64,000 nucleotides of DNA, taken from an uncultured Gemmatimonadales bacterium. Its GTDB lineage: Bacteria > Gemmatimonadota > Gemmatimonadetes > Gemmatimonadales > Gemmatimonadaceae. A model generated the notes under the pieces. The model was not told the DNA's origin. It made no database searches and worked only from the letters and a program-made list of their open reading frames with translations. Location: NCBI GenBank assembly GCA_963851265.1, contig CAWKNZ010000007.1, positions 128,001 through 192,000 of the forward strand, given 5' to 3'. This document shows positions 9,801 to 19,443 of this stretch, piece by piece; within the stretch, counting starts at the first letter, position 1, and each line of letters opens with the position of its first letter. The translations under genes were made by a program, and so were the position numbers.

Positions 9801-12104
9801 TCACCGCTTCACCGCCCCCGCCGCGTTGGGCGGCGGCGTCACCGGCGGCGCCGCGTGCAGCCGGTACCCGGCCGGCGGCTCGGCGCCTAACAGATACCGG
9901 ACGAAGTAGTCCCACCGGCGCCGGATCATGTACGGCTCCCCGCCGAACCCGTGCCGCCGGTTGGGCAGCGGGAGCACGTCGACGTCCTTGTTGGCCGCGA
10001 TGAGCGCGTCGACGAGCACGAGCGAGTTGTCGGGCGGCACGTTGTCGTCGGCCGTGCCGTAGGCGACCAGCAGGTGCCCCTTGAGCGCGCCCGCGCGCAG
10101 CTCGTCCGCCTGCGCGTCGTAGTTGCTGGTGCCGTCCGCGTTGCGGACCAGGAGCCCCGTCCACTTCTCGCCCCAGTCGTCCTCGTACAGGCGGTTGTCG
10201 TGGTTGCCGGCCTCGCTCACGCCCGCCTTGAAGAAGTCGGGGAAGCGGAGCATCGCCGACGCCGTCGCGTAACCGCCGCCGGAGTGCCCCCACACGCCGA
10301 CGCGCGACGAGTCGACCCACGGGTAGCGCGCCGCGAGCTGGCGCACCGCGGCCACCTGGTCGGGGATCCCGTTGTCGCCCATGTCGGCGGCGTACGCCGC
10401 GTGGAAGGCCTTCGAGCGGAGCGGAGTGCCTAACGCGTCGAGCTGGACGACGACGAAGCCGAGCTCCGCCATCGCGCGCGCGTCCCCGCGCACGGGCGAG
10501 AAGCTGCGGCTGCCCACCGAGCCCACCTGCGGGCCCGGGTAGACGTTCACGACCACCGGGTACCGCCGGGCGGCGTCGAACGCGGTGGGCCGGTAGAGCA
10601 GACCGTACAGGTCGGTCCGCCCGTCGCGCGCCTTGGTCGTGAACGGCACCGGCGCCGTCCACCCGGTCGCGACGAGGCGCGACACGTCGCCGCGCGCGAG
10701 CGTCGCGGAAACGCGCCCCGTGGCCGCGTCGCGGAGCACGAGCACGGGCGGCACCTCGGGCCGCGAGTACGCGTCGACCACCGTGCGCCCGTCGGGCGAG
10801 AGGGAGACCTCGTGATCGGCGTCCTCGGGGGTGAGGAGCCGCGACCCTGCGCGGTCGAGCGAGGCGCGGTAGAGGTGGCGGAAGTACGGGTCGCGCCCGG
10901 GCTCGCGGCCGACGGCCGTGAACAGCACCGAGCGCGCGCGCTCGTCGACCGCGAGCACCCGCGCGACGTCGCCGGCGCCGGTCGTGATCTGGCGCTTGAG
11001 GCGGCCGTTCGCGAGGTCGTACAGGTACAGCTGCCCCCAGTCGTCGCGCTCCGAGAACCAGAGCACTTCGTTGGTGCCCCAGAGGACGCGCCAGTTGGGC
11101 TGGTCGGTCACCACGTCGTACCCCGATTCGAAGAACGTCGGCGTGGTCTCGTCGAGCACGTCGCGCACCGTGCCGGTCGCCGCGTCGGCCACGCGCAGCG
11201 TCGCGCGCTTGTGGTCGCGCGAGCTCGACACGAACGCCAGGCGCGACGCGTCGGGACTCCACTCCACGTCCACCCAGCGGTTGCCGCAGACGATGTGGTC
11301 GCAGAGCGTGGAGCGGTGCGGGTCGGGCGGGAGCTGGAGCGGCACCACGCGCGGGGCCGCGCCCGAGAGGTCGATCACGACGCGCCGGATGGTGCTGATC
11401 ACGCTGTCGCCGACGAACGGGTACTTCCACGCCTCGAGCCGCGGGTGGCCGACGCGCGCGGCGGTCGACGTGCGTACGAGGTAGAAGTCGCCCACGGCGC
11501 GGTCGTCCTGCTGAAACGTCGCGATCTTCCTCGAGTCGGGCGACCAGAGCACGACGGCGCGGCCACTCCGCACCCATCCGGCGTTGTCGGTGGCGTACCC
11601 GTCGTCCTTCACGCCGTCCGTGGTGAGCTGCTGCTCGTTGCCGCCGGCCGCGTCGCGCACCCACAGGTTGTAGTCGCGCACGAACGCGACGCGCCGGCCG
11701 TCCGGCGACACGGCCATGTCGCGGCGCTCGGGCGCGGCGGCCGCGGCGCGCGTCACGGCGCGGATGCCGGCGGTGTCGGTGACCACCTGGGTGGCCCCAC
11801 GCGCGGGGTCGACCACGGTGACGCTCGCGCCGCGGGCGGTGCCGTCGGCGGGCGTCGCGAACGCGAGCCGTCCGTCGGGCAGCCACGCGGGGCGACCCGG
11901 GAGCGACACGAGCGGCAGCGCGTTCCACGCCATGTAGCGTTCGGCGCGGGCGTAATCGCTGTCGGCGAGCGCGCGCGGCGCGGGCTGCGCCGGCACCCTA
12001 CGCGACGGGGCAAATGCGACGGCGCCGGCGAGCAGGCTCGCGACCAGGGGCGCGCGCGTGAGCGGCGAGCGCGTGCGGCGCGCGCGCGTGAAGGGGCGGA
12101 GCAT
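9801..12104 (-). CDS. Secreted S9 family (DPP IV-like) peptidase
   Basis: Signal peptide, beta-propeller, GVWGHSGGG nucleophile, DDNV and NRRH catalytic Asp/His. Confidence 0.92.
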   Translation of the reverse strand: MLRPFTRARRTRSPLTRAPLVASLLAGAVAFAPSRRVPAQPAPRALADSDYARAERYMAWNALPLVSLPGRPAWLPDGRLAFATPADGTARGASVTVVDPARGATQVVTDTAGIRAVTRAAAAAPERRDMAVSPDGRRVAFVRDYNLWVRDAAGGNEQQLTTDGVKDDGYATDNAGWVRSGRAVVLWSPDSRKIATFQQDDRAVGDFYLVRTSTAARVGHPRLEAWKYPFVGDSVISTIRRVVIDLSGAAPRVVPLQLPPDPHRSTLCDHIVCGNRWVDVEWSPDASRLAFVSSSRDHKRATLRVADAATGTVRDVLDETTPTFFESGYDVVTDQPNWRVLWGTNEVLWFSERDDWGQLYLYDLANGRLKRQITTGAGDVARVLAVDERARSVLFTAVGREPGRDPYFRHLYRASLDRAGSRLLTPEDADHEVSLSPDGRTVVDAYSRPEVPPVLVLRDAATGRVSATLARGDVSRLVATGWTAPVPFTTKARDGRTDLYGLLYRPTAFDAARRYPVVVNVYPGPQVGSVGSRSFSPVRGDARAMAELGFVVVQLDALGTPLRSKAFHAAYAADMGDNGIPDQVAAVRQLAARYPWVDSSRVGVWGHSGGGYATASAMLRFPDFFKAGVSEAGNHDNRLYEDDWGEKWTGLLVRNADGTSNYDAQADELRAGALKGHLLVAYGTADDNVPPDNSLVLVDALIAANKDVDVLPLPNRRHGFGGEPYMIRRRWDYFVRYLLGAEPPAGYRLHAAPPVTPPPNAAGAVKR

Positions 12105-12280
12105 GAGACGGGGCGGGAGGACCGCGCCGGGCCGGCGCGACCCGACGAGCTTCTCCAGTGTACGGGCCAGCTCGCCGTTGCGCTGGCGGCCTCGGCGCCG
12201 GTCGCGTCATTGCGCTCGCGCCCCGCCCGGGTAGGATGCGAGGTCGATCGCTCGTGCCCGCCCCCCGTGCCCCCCGCCCG

Positions 12281-13459
12281 ATGCCGAGTGCCACCCCCGC
12301 CCGTCGCGCGTCGCGTGCCGTGCTCGCGACCGCCGCCCTCCAGCTCGCCGCCCTGACCATCGCCCCGACGGTCCGCTCGGCTGGCGCACAAGGCCGGGCG
12401 CCGGCGAGTCCATCGGCGTCGGACACGACGCGCCCGCGCACGCACCGGCTCATGCCCTCGCCGACCACGGTGGCGTGGGGCTACTACGATGCGAAGGCGA
12501 CACCGGTCCTCCACGTGCGCTCCGGAGACACCGTCGTCGTCGGCACCCTCATCACGTCGAGCCCCGACCGCCTCGAGCGCGCGGGGGTCCCGGCGGCCGC
12601 CGTGGAGCCGGCGCTCCGCGCCATCTACGCGCAGGTCACGAACAAGGGCCCGGGCGGGCACATCCTCACCGGCCCGATCTACGTCGACGGCGCGGAGCCG
12701 GGCGACGTGCTCGAGGTGCACATCGACCGGATCGCCCTGGCCATCCCGTACGCGTACAACGCGTTCGGCCCGGGGAGCGGCTTCCTCCCCGAGGACTTCG
12801 GCTACGCGCGGATGAAGATCATCCCGCTCGACTCCGCGGCGGGAGTCGCGCACTTCGCCCCGGGGATCGACGTCCCCATGCGCCCGTTCTTCGGCTCGAT
12901 CGGCGTGGCGCCGCCGCCGAGCATGGGCCGCCTCAACTCGGCGCCGCCGGGCGTGCACGCGGGCAACCTCGACAACAAGTACTTCGTCGCGGGCACGGTG
13001 CTGTCGATCCCGGTGCACGCGCCCGGCGCGCTCCTCGAGGTGGGAGACGGCCACGCGGGGCAGGGGAACGGCGAGGTCGACATCACCGCGCTCGAGACCT
13101 CGCTCGTGGGCACGTTCCGGCTGGTGCTGCGGAAGGACCGGCACCTGACGTGGCCGCGCGGCGAAACGCCGACGCACTGGATCACGATGGGGACCGACAC
13201 GAACCTGGTCCGCGCGACCAAGACCGCCGTGCGCGAGGCGGTGAGTTTCCTGATGACGGAGAAGGGGCTGTCGCACGACGACGCGTACATGCTGGCGAGC
13301 GTCGCGGCGGACGTGGAGATCACCGAGCTCGTCGACGGGAACGTGGGGGTCCACGTGTTGATCCCGAAGGCCGTGTTCACGGGCCGCGGCGCGCTCCGCG
13401 AACCGCTCGGCGACCAGGTCCGCGGCCCGCGCCCGGCGCCGGCGCCCGGCGACCGTTAG
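12281..13459 (+). CDS. Acetamidase/formamidase family protein with signal peptide
   Basis: GHILTGPIYVDGAEPGD, PFFGSIGVAP, GNLDNK, GDGHAGQGNGEV. Confidence 0.9.
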   Translation: MPSATPARRASRAVLATAALQLAALTIAPTVRSAGAQGRAPASPSASDTTRPRTHRLMPSPTTVAWGYYDAKATPVLHVRSGDTVVVGTLITSSPDRLERAGVPAAAVEPALRAIYAQVTNKGPGGHILTGPIYVDGAEPGDVLEVHIDRIALAIPYAYNAFGPGSGFLPEDFGYARMKIIPLDSAAGVAHFAPGIDVPMRPFFGSIGVAPPPSMGRLNSAPPGVHAGNLDNKYFVAGTVLSIPVHAPGALLEVGDGHAGQGNGEVDITALETSLVGTFRLVLRKDRHLTWPRGETPTHWITMGTDTNLVRATKTAVREAVSFLMTEKGLSHDDAYMLASVAADVEITELVDGNVGVHVLIPKAVFTGRGALREPLGDQVRGPRPAPAPGDR

Positions 13460-13474
13460 GCGCCACCCGCCCGC

Positions 13475-14731
13475 TCACCCCTCCCGCAACCCGGGCACGC
13501 GCGCGTACACCCACGCCGCGTACGCCAGCATCGCCGCGCCACCCGCCGCGATCACCCAGTCCACCCCCACCGCGCGCGCCAGCGCCCCGCCGGCCAGCGC
13601 CCCGACCCCCTGGGCCATGCCCACGACGAGGAACGAGTACGCCGCCATGAGCCGCCCGCGCATGGCGTCGGGCACCGTCCGCTGGAGCACCGCGTTGCCT
13701 AACGCACCCGAGACGATCATCGCGACGCCCGTCGCCAGCAGCACGACCTCGGCCGCGACGACGTTGCGCACCGCGGCGAGCGCGACGAGGAGCACGGGGT
13801 AGGCGACCGTCGACCACATCAGCCACCGCCCCGGGCGCACGCGCGCGCCGAACGCCGCGAGGCCCAGCGCGCCGGCGAGTCCGCCCGCCCCCACCGCGGC
13901 GAGCAGCGCGCCGTAGCCACGGGCGCCGAGTCCCAGCACGTCGCGCGCGAGCACCGACATCAGCGCGAGGTACGGCGTGCCGCACACCGAGTAGACGAGC
14001 GTGAGGCCGAGGATCGCCCGAACCGTCGGGACGCGCCACACGTAGCGGAAGCCCTCCGCGAGCCCGTCCCACGGCGAGCCGTGGTGCGCACCGCGCTCCG
14101 CGCGCGGAAGGCGGATCCGGAGCAGCCCCGCGAGGACGGCGAGGTAGCTCAGCGCGTTCAGCCCGAAGCACCACCCGATCCCGAGTGTCGCGATCGCGGC
14201 GGCGCCGAGCGCGGGGCCGACGATGCGCGCGAGGTTGAAGCCGCTCGAGTTGAGCGCGATCGCCTGCGGCAGATCGTCCCGTCCCACCAGGTCGACGATC
14301 AGCGACTGACGCGCCGGCACCTCGAACGCCGTACAGGTGCCGCCGAGGCAGGCGAGCGCGAGCATCCAGTGGATCGTGACGTGGCCCGAGACGGTCAGCG
14401 CCCAGAGCGCGACGGCCTGCACGAGCAGCATGGCCTGCATCGCGGTGACCAGCCGCAGCCGGTCCACGCGGTCGACGAGCACCCCTGCGGGGAACGAGAG
14501 TACGAGCACCGGGAACGCGCCCACCGAGGCGACCAGGCCGACCAGAAACGGGTCGTTGGTGAGCTGCAGGGCGAGCCATCCTTCGGCCATGACCTGCATC
14601 CACGTGCCGACGAGCGACGCGGTCTGCCCGAACCAGAACAGCCGGAAGTTCCGGTGCCGGGCGAGGGTTCGGAACGGGTTCAGCGACGTGGCGGCTGCAC
14701 GGGCGCGGGATGGACCGACGGACGATGACAC
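13475..14731 (-). CDS. MFS transporter (DUF894-like)
   Basis: RNFRLFWFGQTASLVGTWMQ, PARQS, ALNSSGFNLARIVGP, RGR motif; multiple TM helices. Confidence 0.88.
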   Translation of the reverse strand: MSSSVGPSRARAAATSLNPFRTLARHRNFRLFWFGQTASLVGTWMQVMAEGWLALQLTNDPFLVGLVASVGAFPVLVLSFPAGVLVDRVDRLRLVTAMQAMLLVQAVALWALTVSGHVTIHWMLALACLGGTCTAFEVPARQSLIVDLVGRDDLPQAIALNSSGFNLARIVGPALGAAAIATLGIGWCFGLNALSYLAVLAGLLRIRLPRAERGAHHGSPWDGLAEGFRYVWRVPTVRAILGLTLVYSVCGTPYLALMSVLARDVLGLGARGYGALLAAVGAGGLAGALGLAAFGARVRPGRWLMWSTVAYPVLLVALAAVRNVVAAEVVLLATGVAMIVSGALGNAVLQRTVPDAMRGRLMAAYSFLVVGMAQGVGALAGGALARAVGVDWVIAAGGAAMLAYAAWVYARVPGLREG

Positions 14732-14746
14732 GAGACGCGAGCGGGT

Positions 14747-14812
14747 GACCGGGCGGGCGCGACCGGGCGGGCGCGACCGGGCGGGCGCGACCGGGGGCGC
14801 GGCGCGACCGGG
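14747..14812. repeat. Tandem repeat of GACCGGGCGGGCGC (3 perfect 14-bp copies plus degenerate copies)
   Basis: Units at 14747, 14761 and 14775, in the divergent MFS/LLM intergenic region. Confidence 0.85.
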
Positions 14813-14942
14813 CGCCGCCCCGGAACATACCCGTCCCGGGCCGCGCGCCCCCGCGGCTGGGCCCTCCTGGCGGGTCCGATCGCGAGCGAGGGCACACCAA
14901 CGGCCGCCGGGCGTATGACGGAGGTCCCTCACCCGCGCCGCC

Positions 14943-16151
14943 ATGCCCGACGTCTCTCCCGCGTTCCGCCTCAGCGTCCTCGATCAGTCCCCGATCCCCG
15001 AGGGGAGCAGCGGCGCGGACGCCCTCCGCGCTTCGGTCGCGCTCGCCCGCGACGCCGACGCGCTCGGCTACGACCGGTTCTGGGTGGCCGAACACCACGG
15101 CACGCCCGGCCTGGCCGGCGCGAGCCCGGAGGTACTGATCTCGGCGGTCGCGGCCGCGGCGCCGCGCATTCACGTCGGGAGCGGGGGGGTGATGCTGCCG
15201 CACTACAGCCCGCTCAGGGTGGCCGAGACGTTCAGCGCCCTCGCCGGGCTCTACCCGGGTCGCATCGACCTCGGGCTCGGGCGTGCGGCGGGTACCGATC
15301 CGGGCACCGCGTTCGCTCTCCAGCGCGATCGGCGGACCAGCGCGCCCGACGACTTCCCCGAGCAGCTCGTCGAACTGCTCGGCTACCTCGACGGCACGCT
15401 GCCGCCGGAGCACGGCTTCTCGCACCTCGCCGACACGCTCCCCGGTCTGCCCGAAGCGCCCCGGCCGTGGCTGCTCGGTTCGTCGCCGCAGAGCGGCATC
15501 TGGGCCGCCGAGCTCGGGCTGCCCTACGCGTTCGCCGATTTCATCAACCCGCACGGCGCCGAGATCGCGCGGCGCTACCGCGACACGTTCACCCCGGCGA
15601 CCAGCGCGCGGCCGGGGCGCGGGCGCACGGAGGCCCGCCCGCACGTGGCCGTCTGCGTGTGGACCCTCTGCGCCGACACCGACGCGGAGGCCGAGCGCCT
15701 CGCGACGAGTGGGAGGATGATGTTCACGCTCCTGCGGCGGGGCGAACTCGTCGCCGTCCCCACCGTCGAGCGGGCGGAGCGCTTCCTCGCGGCCGAGCGC
15801 GCGCGCAGGGCGCTGCCGGTCGGACGACGCACCGTCGTCGGCTCGCCCGAGACGGTGCGCGCGGGGATCGAGTCGGTGGCGCGCGCGTACGCCGCCGACG
15901 AGGTGTTCGTCGTGACCATCGCGCACGACCAGCAGGCGCGGCGGCGCTCGTACGCGCTGATCGCCGACGCGTTCGGGCTGTCAGCCGGCGCCGGGCTCTC
16001 CGGCGAGCGTGCCGCGGTCGCGCGTCTCGGGCATGCGCAGGTAGACGACGAGCGAGGCGGCGACGCACGCGGCGACGTACCAGAAGTACCAGCGCTCGTG
16101 CCCGGCCTTGCGCGCCCAGAGCGCGAGGTACTCAGCGGTGCCGCCAAATAA
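14943..16151 (+). CDS. LLM-class (luciferase-like) flavin-dependent oxidoreductase
   Basis: LSVLDQSPI, RFWVAEHH, GSGGVMLPHYSP, GRIDLGLGRA, WLLGSS; domain ends near 15980 but the ORF runs into the opposite gene. Confidence 0.9.
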   Translation: MPDVSPAFRLSVLDQSPIPEGSSGADALRASVALARDADALGYDRFWVAEHHGTPGLAGASPEVLISAVAAAAPRIHVGSGGVMLPHYSPLRVAETFSALAGLYPGRIDLGLGRAAGTDPGTAFALQRDRRTSAPDDFPEQLVELLGYLDGTLPPEHGFSHLADTLPGLPEAPRPWLLGSSPQSGIWAAELGLPYAFADFINPHGAEIARRYRDTFTPATSARPGRGRTEARPHVAVCVWTLCADTDAEAERLATSGRMMFTLLRRGELVAVPTVERAERFLAAERARRALPVGRRTVVGSPETVRAGIESVARAYAADEVFVVTIAHDQQARRRSYALIADAFGLSAGAGLSGERAAVARLGHAQVDDERGGDARGDVPEVPALVPGLARPEREVLSGAAK

Positions 16152-17276
16152 CGACACGGCCACCGCGTACGGGAACCCGACGCCGAGGGCCCGCACCTCG
16201 ACCGGGAACAGCTCCGCCTTCACGACCGCGTTGACCGCCGTGTAGCCGCTCACGACGAGGAGCGCGGCGACGAGCAGCACGAACGCCCGCCCCTCGCCGA
16301 CGCCGCGCGTGCCTAACGCACCGAGCAGCGGCACCGTCGCGAGCGCGCCGAGCACCCCGAACGCGACGAGCACCGGCCGCCGCCCCACGCGGTCGGACAG
16401 CGCGCCGACGGCCGGCTGCGCGACCGCGAAGGCGAGCAGCGACGCGGCCGACACGCGCGTGGCCGCGGCGGACGTCCACCCCGCGCTGTTGACGAGGAAC
16501 TTCTGCGCGTAGGTCGTGAACGTGTAGAAGGCGACCGTGCCCCCCGCGGTGAGCCCGACCACCGTGGCGACGGCGCGCGGATGTGCGGCCAGGGCGCGCA
16601 GCGACGCGCGCCCGGGTCCGGCCCCCGCGCGCACGAAATCCGGCGTCTCGTCGAGGCGGCCGCGCAGCAGGCGCACCGCGAGCGCGGCGAGCGCGCCTAA
16701 CACGAACGGCACGCGCCACCCCCAGGCGGCGAGTTGCGCGGGGGTGAGCGCGCGCTGCAGCACGAGCAGCGTGCCGAGCGCGAGCAGCTGCCCGGCGATG
16801 AGCGTGACGTACTGGAAGCTCGACCAGAAGCCGCGGTGGCGCGCGCCGGCCATCTCACTCAGGTACGTCGCGCTCGCGCCGTACTCGCCGCCCACGCTCA
16901 GGCCCTGCAGCAGCCGCGCGCCCACGAGCAGCGCGGGCGCTGCGAGCCCCGCCCGGGCGTAACTCGGCACGAGCGCGACCGCGAGCGACCCCGCGCCCAT
17001 GAGCAGCACCGAGCGCGTGAGCGCCGCGCGCCGCCCGCGCCGGTCGCCGTAGCGGCCCAGCAGCCAACCGCCGACCGGGCGCATGAAGAAGCCGACGGCG
17101 AACACGGCCGCCGCGTCGAGCAGGTGCGCCGTCTGACTCGCCGGCGGGAAGACGATCGGCGCGAAGTAGAGCGAGCACGCCGAGTACGCGTACCAGTCGT
17201 ACCACTCGACGAGATTCCCGGCCGAGCCGCCGAGGATGGAGCGAAGTCTGCGCACCGTGCCGCCGCTACCTTGCAT
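15981..17276 (-). CDS. MFS metabolite:H+ symporter (alpha-ketoglutarate permease KgtP-like)
   Basis: GNLVEWYDWYAY, RPVGG, QGLSVGGEYG, KAELFP, GGTAEY. Confidence 0.9.
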   Translation of the reverse strand: MQGSGGTVRRLRSILGGSAGNLVEWYDWYAYSACSLYFAPIVFPPASQTAHLLDAAAVFAVGFFMRPVGGWLLGRYGDRRGRRAALTRSVLLMGAGSLAVALVPSYARAGLAAPALLVGARLLQGLSVGGEYGASATYLSEMAGARHRGFWSSFQYVTLIAGQLLALGTLLVLQRALTPAQLAAWGWRVPFVLGALAALAVRLLRGRLDETPDFVRAGAGPGRASLRALAAHPRAVATVVGLTAGGTVAFYTFTTYAQKFLVNSAGWTSAAATRVSAASLLAFAVAQPAVGALSDRVGRRPVLVAFGVLGALATVPLLGALGTRGVGEGRAFVLLVAALLVVSGYTAVNAVVKAELFPVEVRALGVGFPYAVAVSLFGGTAEYLALWARKAGHERWYFWYVAACVAASLVVYLRMPETRDRGTLAGEPGAG

Positions 17277-17304
17277 GTCGTTCCGTCCCATGTCGTTCGT
17301 ACCC

Positions 17305-17874
17305 ATGCCGACTACCGCCGCAGACCGCCGCGCCGTGCCGCGCCCCGACCCGGGCCCGTTCGCGCGGGTCGTCGAGCGTAACATCCGCGCGCTGCTTCAG
17401 CGACGGAAGCAGGAAGACGAGCGCCGCCGCACGCAGGACCGCGTCGCCGACGTGATCACGCGGTTCACGGGGAGCATGCTGTTCGTGTACATCCACCTGG
17501 CCATGTACGGCGCGTGGATCGCGACCAACCTCGGCGTCGTGCCCGGGCTCGCGCGGCTCAAGGGCTTCGACAAGGGCTTCACCGTGCTCGCGATGGAGGC
17601 GAGCGTCGAGGCGATCTTCCTCAGCACCTTCGTGCTCATCTCGCAGAATCGGATGCAGGCGCTGTCCGACCAGCGCGCCGATCTGGACCTGCAGGTGTCG
17701 CTGCTCGCGGAGCACGAGGTCACCGAGCTGATCCGGCTCGTGCGCGGCATGGCGGCCAAGATGGAGATCGACGAGGCCCGCAACCCCGAACTCGACGAAC
17801 TCGCCACCGACGTGCAGCCCGAGACGGTGATGTCGCATATCGAGGCGGCGCAGGCGTTGAACGCGAGGCGCTGA
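17305..17874 (+). CDS. DUF1003-like membrane protein
   Basis: ADVITRFTGSM, SVEAIFLSTFVLISQNR, DLQVSLLAEHEVT. Confidence 0.85.
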   Translation: MPTTAADRRAVPRPDPGPFARVVERNIRALLQRRKQEDERRRTQDRVADVITRFTGSMLFVYIHLAMYGAWIATNLGVVPGLARLKGFDKGFTVLAMEASVEAIFLSTFVLISQNRMQALSDQRADLDLQVSLLAEHEVTELIRLVRGMAAKMEIDEARNPELDELATDVQPETVMSHIEAAQALNARR

Positions 17875-17922
17875 CACCAACCGCGCCCGGGGCACCGCGC
17901 GGGCGACGGGGTACCATGACGT

Positions 17923-18258
17923 ATGGAAAAGCTGCGCGTTCTACGCCCCACCGATCTCCGCCTCGACTGCGACGCATGCGGCGCGGCGTTCGACCTCATG
18001 ACCGGCGGCACGTGCGAGGAGTGCCGCCGCATCCTCTGCGCCCGGCACCTGCACGGGTCGTGGCTCATGCGCATGGTCCACGAGTTCAAGCGACCGGTCA
18101 CCTGCGTCGACTGCCGCGCGGGGCGCGAGGTGCCGCCGCCTCGCACCGGGGCGGGCGCGTCCGTCCCGCCAGGCGCGCAGTCGCGGCGCGCGGAACGACG
18201 CGCGGAACGACGCGCCGACCCCCGGACGCACGACGCCCCGGACCGCCAGGGGAGCTAA
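17923..18258 (+). CDS. Small Cys/His-rich putative zinc-binding protein
   Basis: CDAC...CEEC-x4-C-x2-H...CVDC pattern. Confidence 0.65.
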   Translation: MEKLRVLRPTDLRLDCDACGAAFDLMTGGTCEECRRILCARHLHGSWLMRMVHEFKRPVTCVDCRAGREVPPPRTGAGASVPPGAQSRRAERRAERRADPRTHDAPDRQGS

Positions 18259-18342
18259 CGGGCCGGGGACGTCGCTTACTCGGGGTTCCGGACACGGGAG
18301 GTCCGGTGTAGTGATCACGCTACATAGTGGACCACAATTCCG

Positions 18343-19416
18343 CTATGCCGCGTCGATACGCACCGGGTACGTCCCCGTCTTCGTGGCGGCCTCGACCGCA
18401 GAACGCCGTCGCCCGCGCCGGCGGAGCGCACGCAGGGCCGTTCGCCCCGTCGCCACGCCGCCGAGCAGGACGTACGCGTAGAACGTGTACACGCGCCACC
18501 AGATGAGCGACGCGCCGAAGATGGCGGCGGGGATCGCACCCGCGAGCGTTGCCGCGAAGGCGGCCTCGACGACGCCGCCGCCGCCAGGCGCGGGCGCCAC
18601 GGCCGCGCCGTACGACAGGGCGAGCGGCCAGAGCAGGAGCGGCGCGATCGCGTTCCGCGCGAAGGGCACCGCCGGCCCGCCGGCGAGCGCGGTGCCGTAG
18701 ATCAGGCCCGGCAGGACCAGCACGCGGGCGACGATGTGCAGAATCGACGCGAACAGCGCGAGCGCCATCGTGCCGAGCCGCGCCCCGCGCACCGCATCCA
18801 CGCTCGAGCGCAGTTGGCGCACCGAGCGCTGGACGGTGCGCCAGCGCGCCGCGCCGAGCCAGGCGGCCCAGCGCGGCGGCGGCCCGGCGGCGTTCCGACG
18901 CGCGAGCAGCAGCCCCGCGCCGCCCACCCCGAGTACGAAAAAGGCGTAGCCGCCGACCAGGCCTTCGAGGCCCGCGAGCGCGCCGCCCGTCCCGCGGAGC
19001 GCCACCGCGAGTCCGACCGACACCACCGCGAGCGAGAGCATCTCGAGGAACAGTTCGGTGAACAGGATGAGCAGCCGCGCCGTCGCCGGCACGCGCGCCT
19101 CGGTCAGCACCAGGTAGCGCGCGGGCTCGGCGCCCGACCGCGCGGGGGTCACCGCCGCGCCGAAATCACCGCCGAGGCAGGTGCGCAGTGCCGTCCCGAA
19201 CCCGAGCGGAATGCGGAGCGCGCGCGCGGACAGCTGAATCTTCCACGCGCGCGAGAACAGCTCGAGCAGGAACGCCCCGCCGCCGAACGCGTGCGCGAGC
19301 AGCGGGAGGGCGACCGTGCCGCCCTCGGCCGGCCACGACGACCAGACGACGTAACCGGAGGCCGCGATCGCGGCGGCGAACGAGAGGGCGACGAGGAGCC
19401 AACGGGCGGGAGACAC
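18343..19416 (-). CDS. Lysylphosphatidylglycerol synthase TM/flippase-like membrane protein
   Basis: AVTPARSGAEP, PAPGGGGVVE, LIWWRVYTFY motifs. Confidence 0.8.
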   Translation of the reverse strand: MSPARWLLVALSFAAAIAASGYVVWSSWPAEGGTVALPLLAHAFGGGAFLLELFSRAWKIQLSARALRIPLGFGTALRTCLGGDFGAAVTPARSGAEPARYLVLTEARVPATARLLILFTELFLEMLSLAVVSVGLAVALRGTGGALAGLEGLVGGYAFFVLGVGGAGLLLARRNAAGPPPRWAAWLGAARWRTVQRSVRQLRSSVDAVRGARLGTMALALFASILHIVARVLVLPGLIYGTALAGGPAVPFARNAIAPLLLWPLALSYGAAVAPAPGGGGVVEAAFAATLAGAIPAAIFGASLIWWRVYTFYAYVLLGGVATGRTALRALRRRGRRRSAVEAATKTGTYPVRIDAA

Positions 19417-19443
19417 CCGGGCAGAACATAGCGCGCCGCGCGA

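Noticed and set aside
8450..10003. 517-aa ORF as a transposase fusion
   Set aside because: It is an IS remnant frame running on out of frame through the SDR gene.
14747..14812. CRISPR array
   Set aside because: Contiguous 14-bp units without spacers, and no cas genes in the window.
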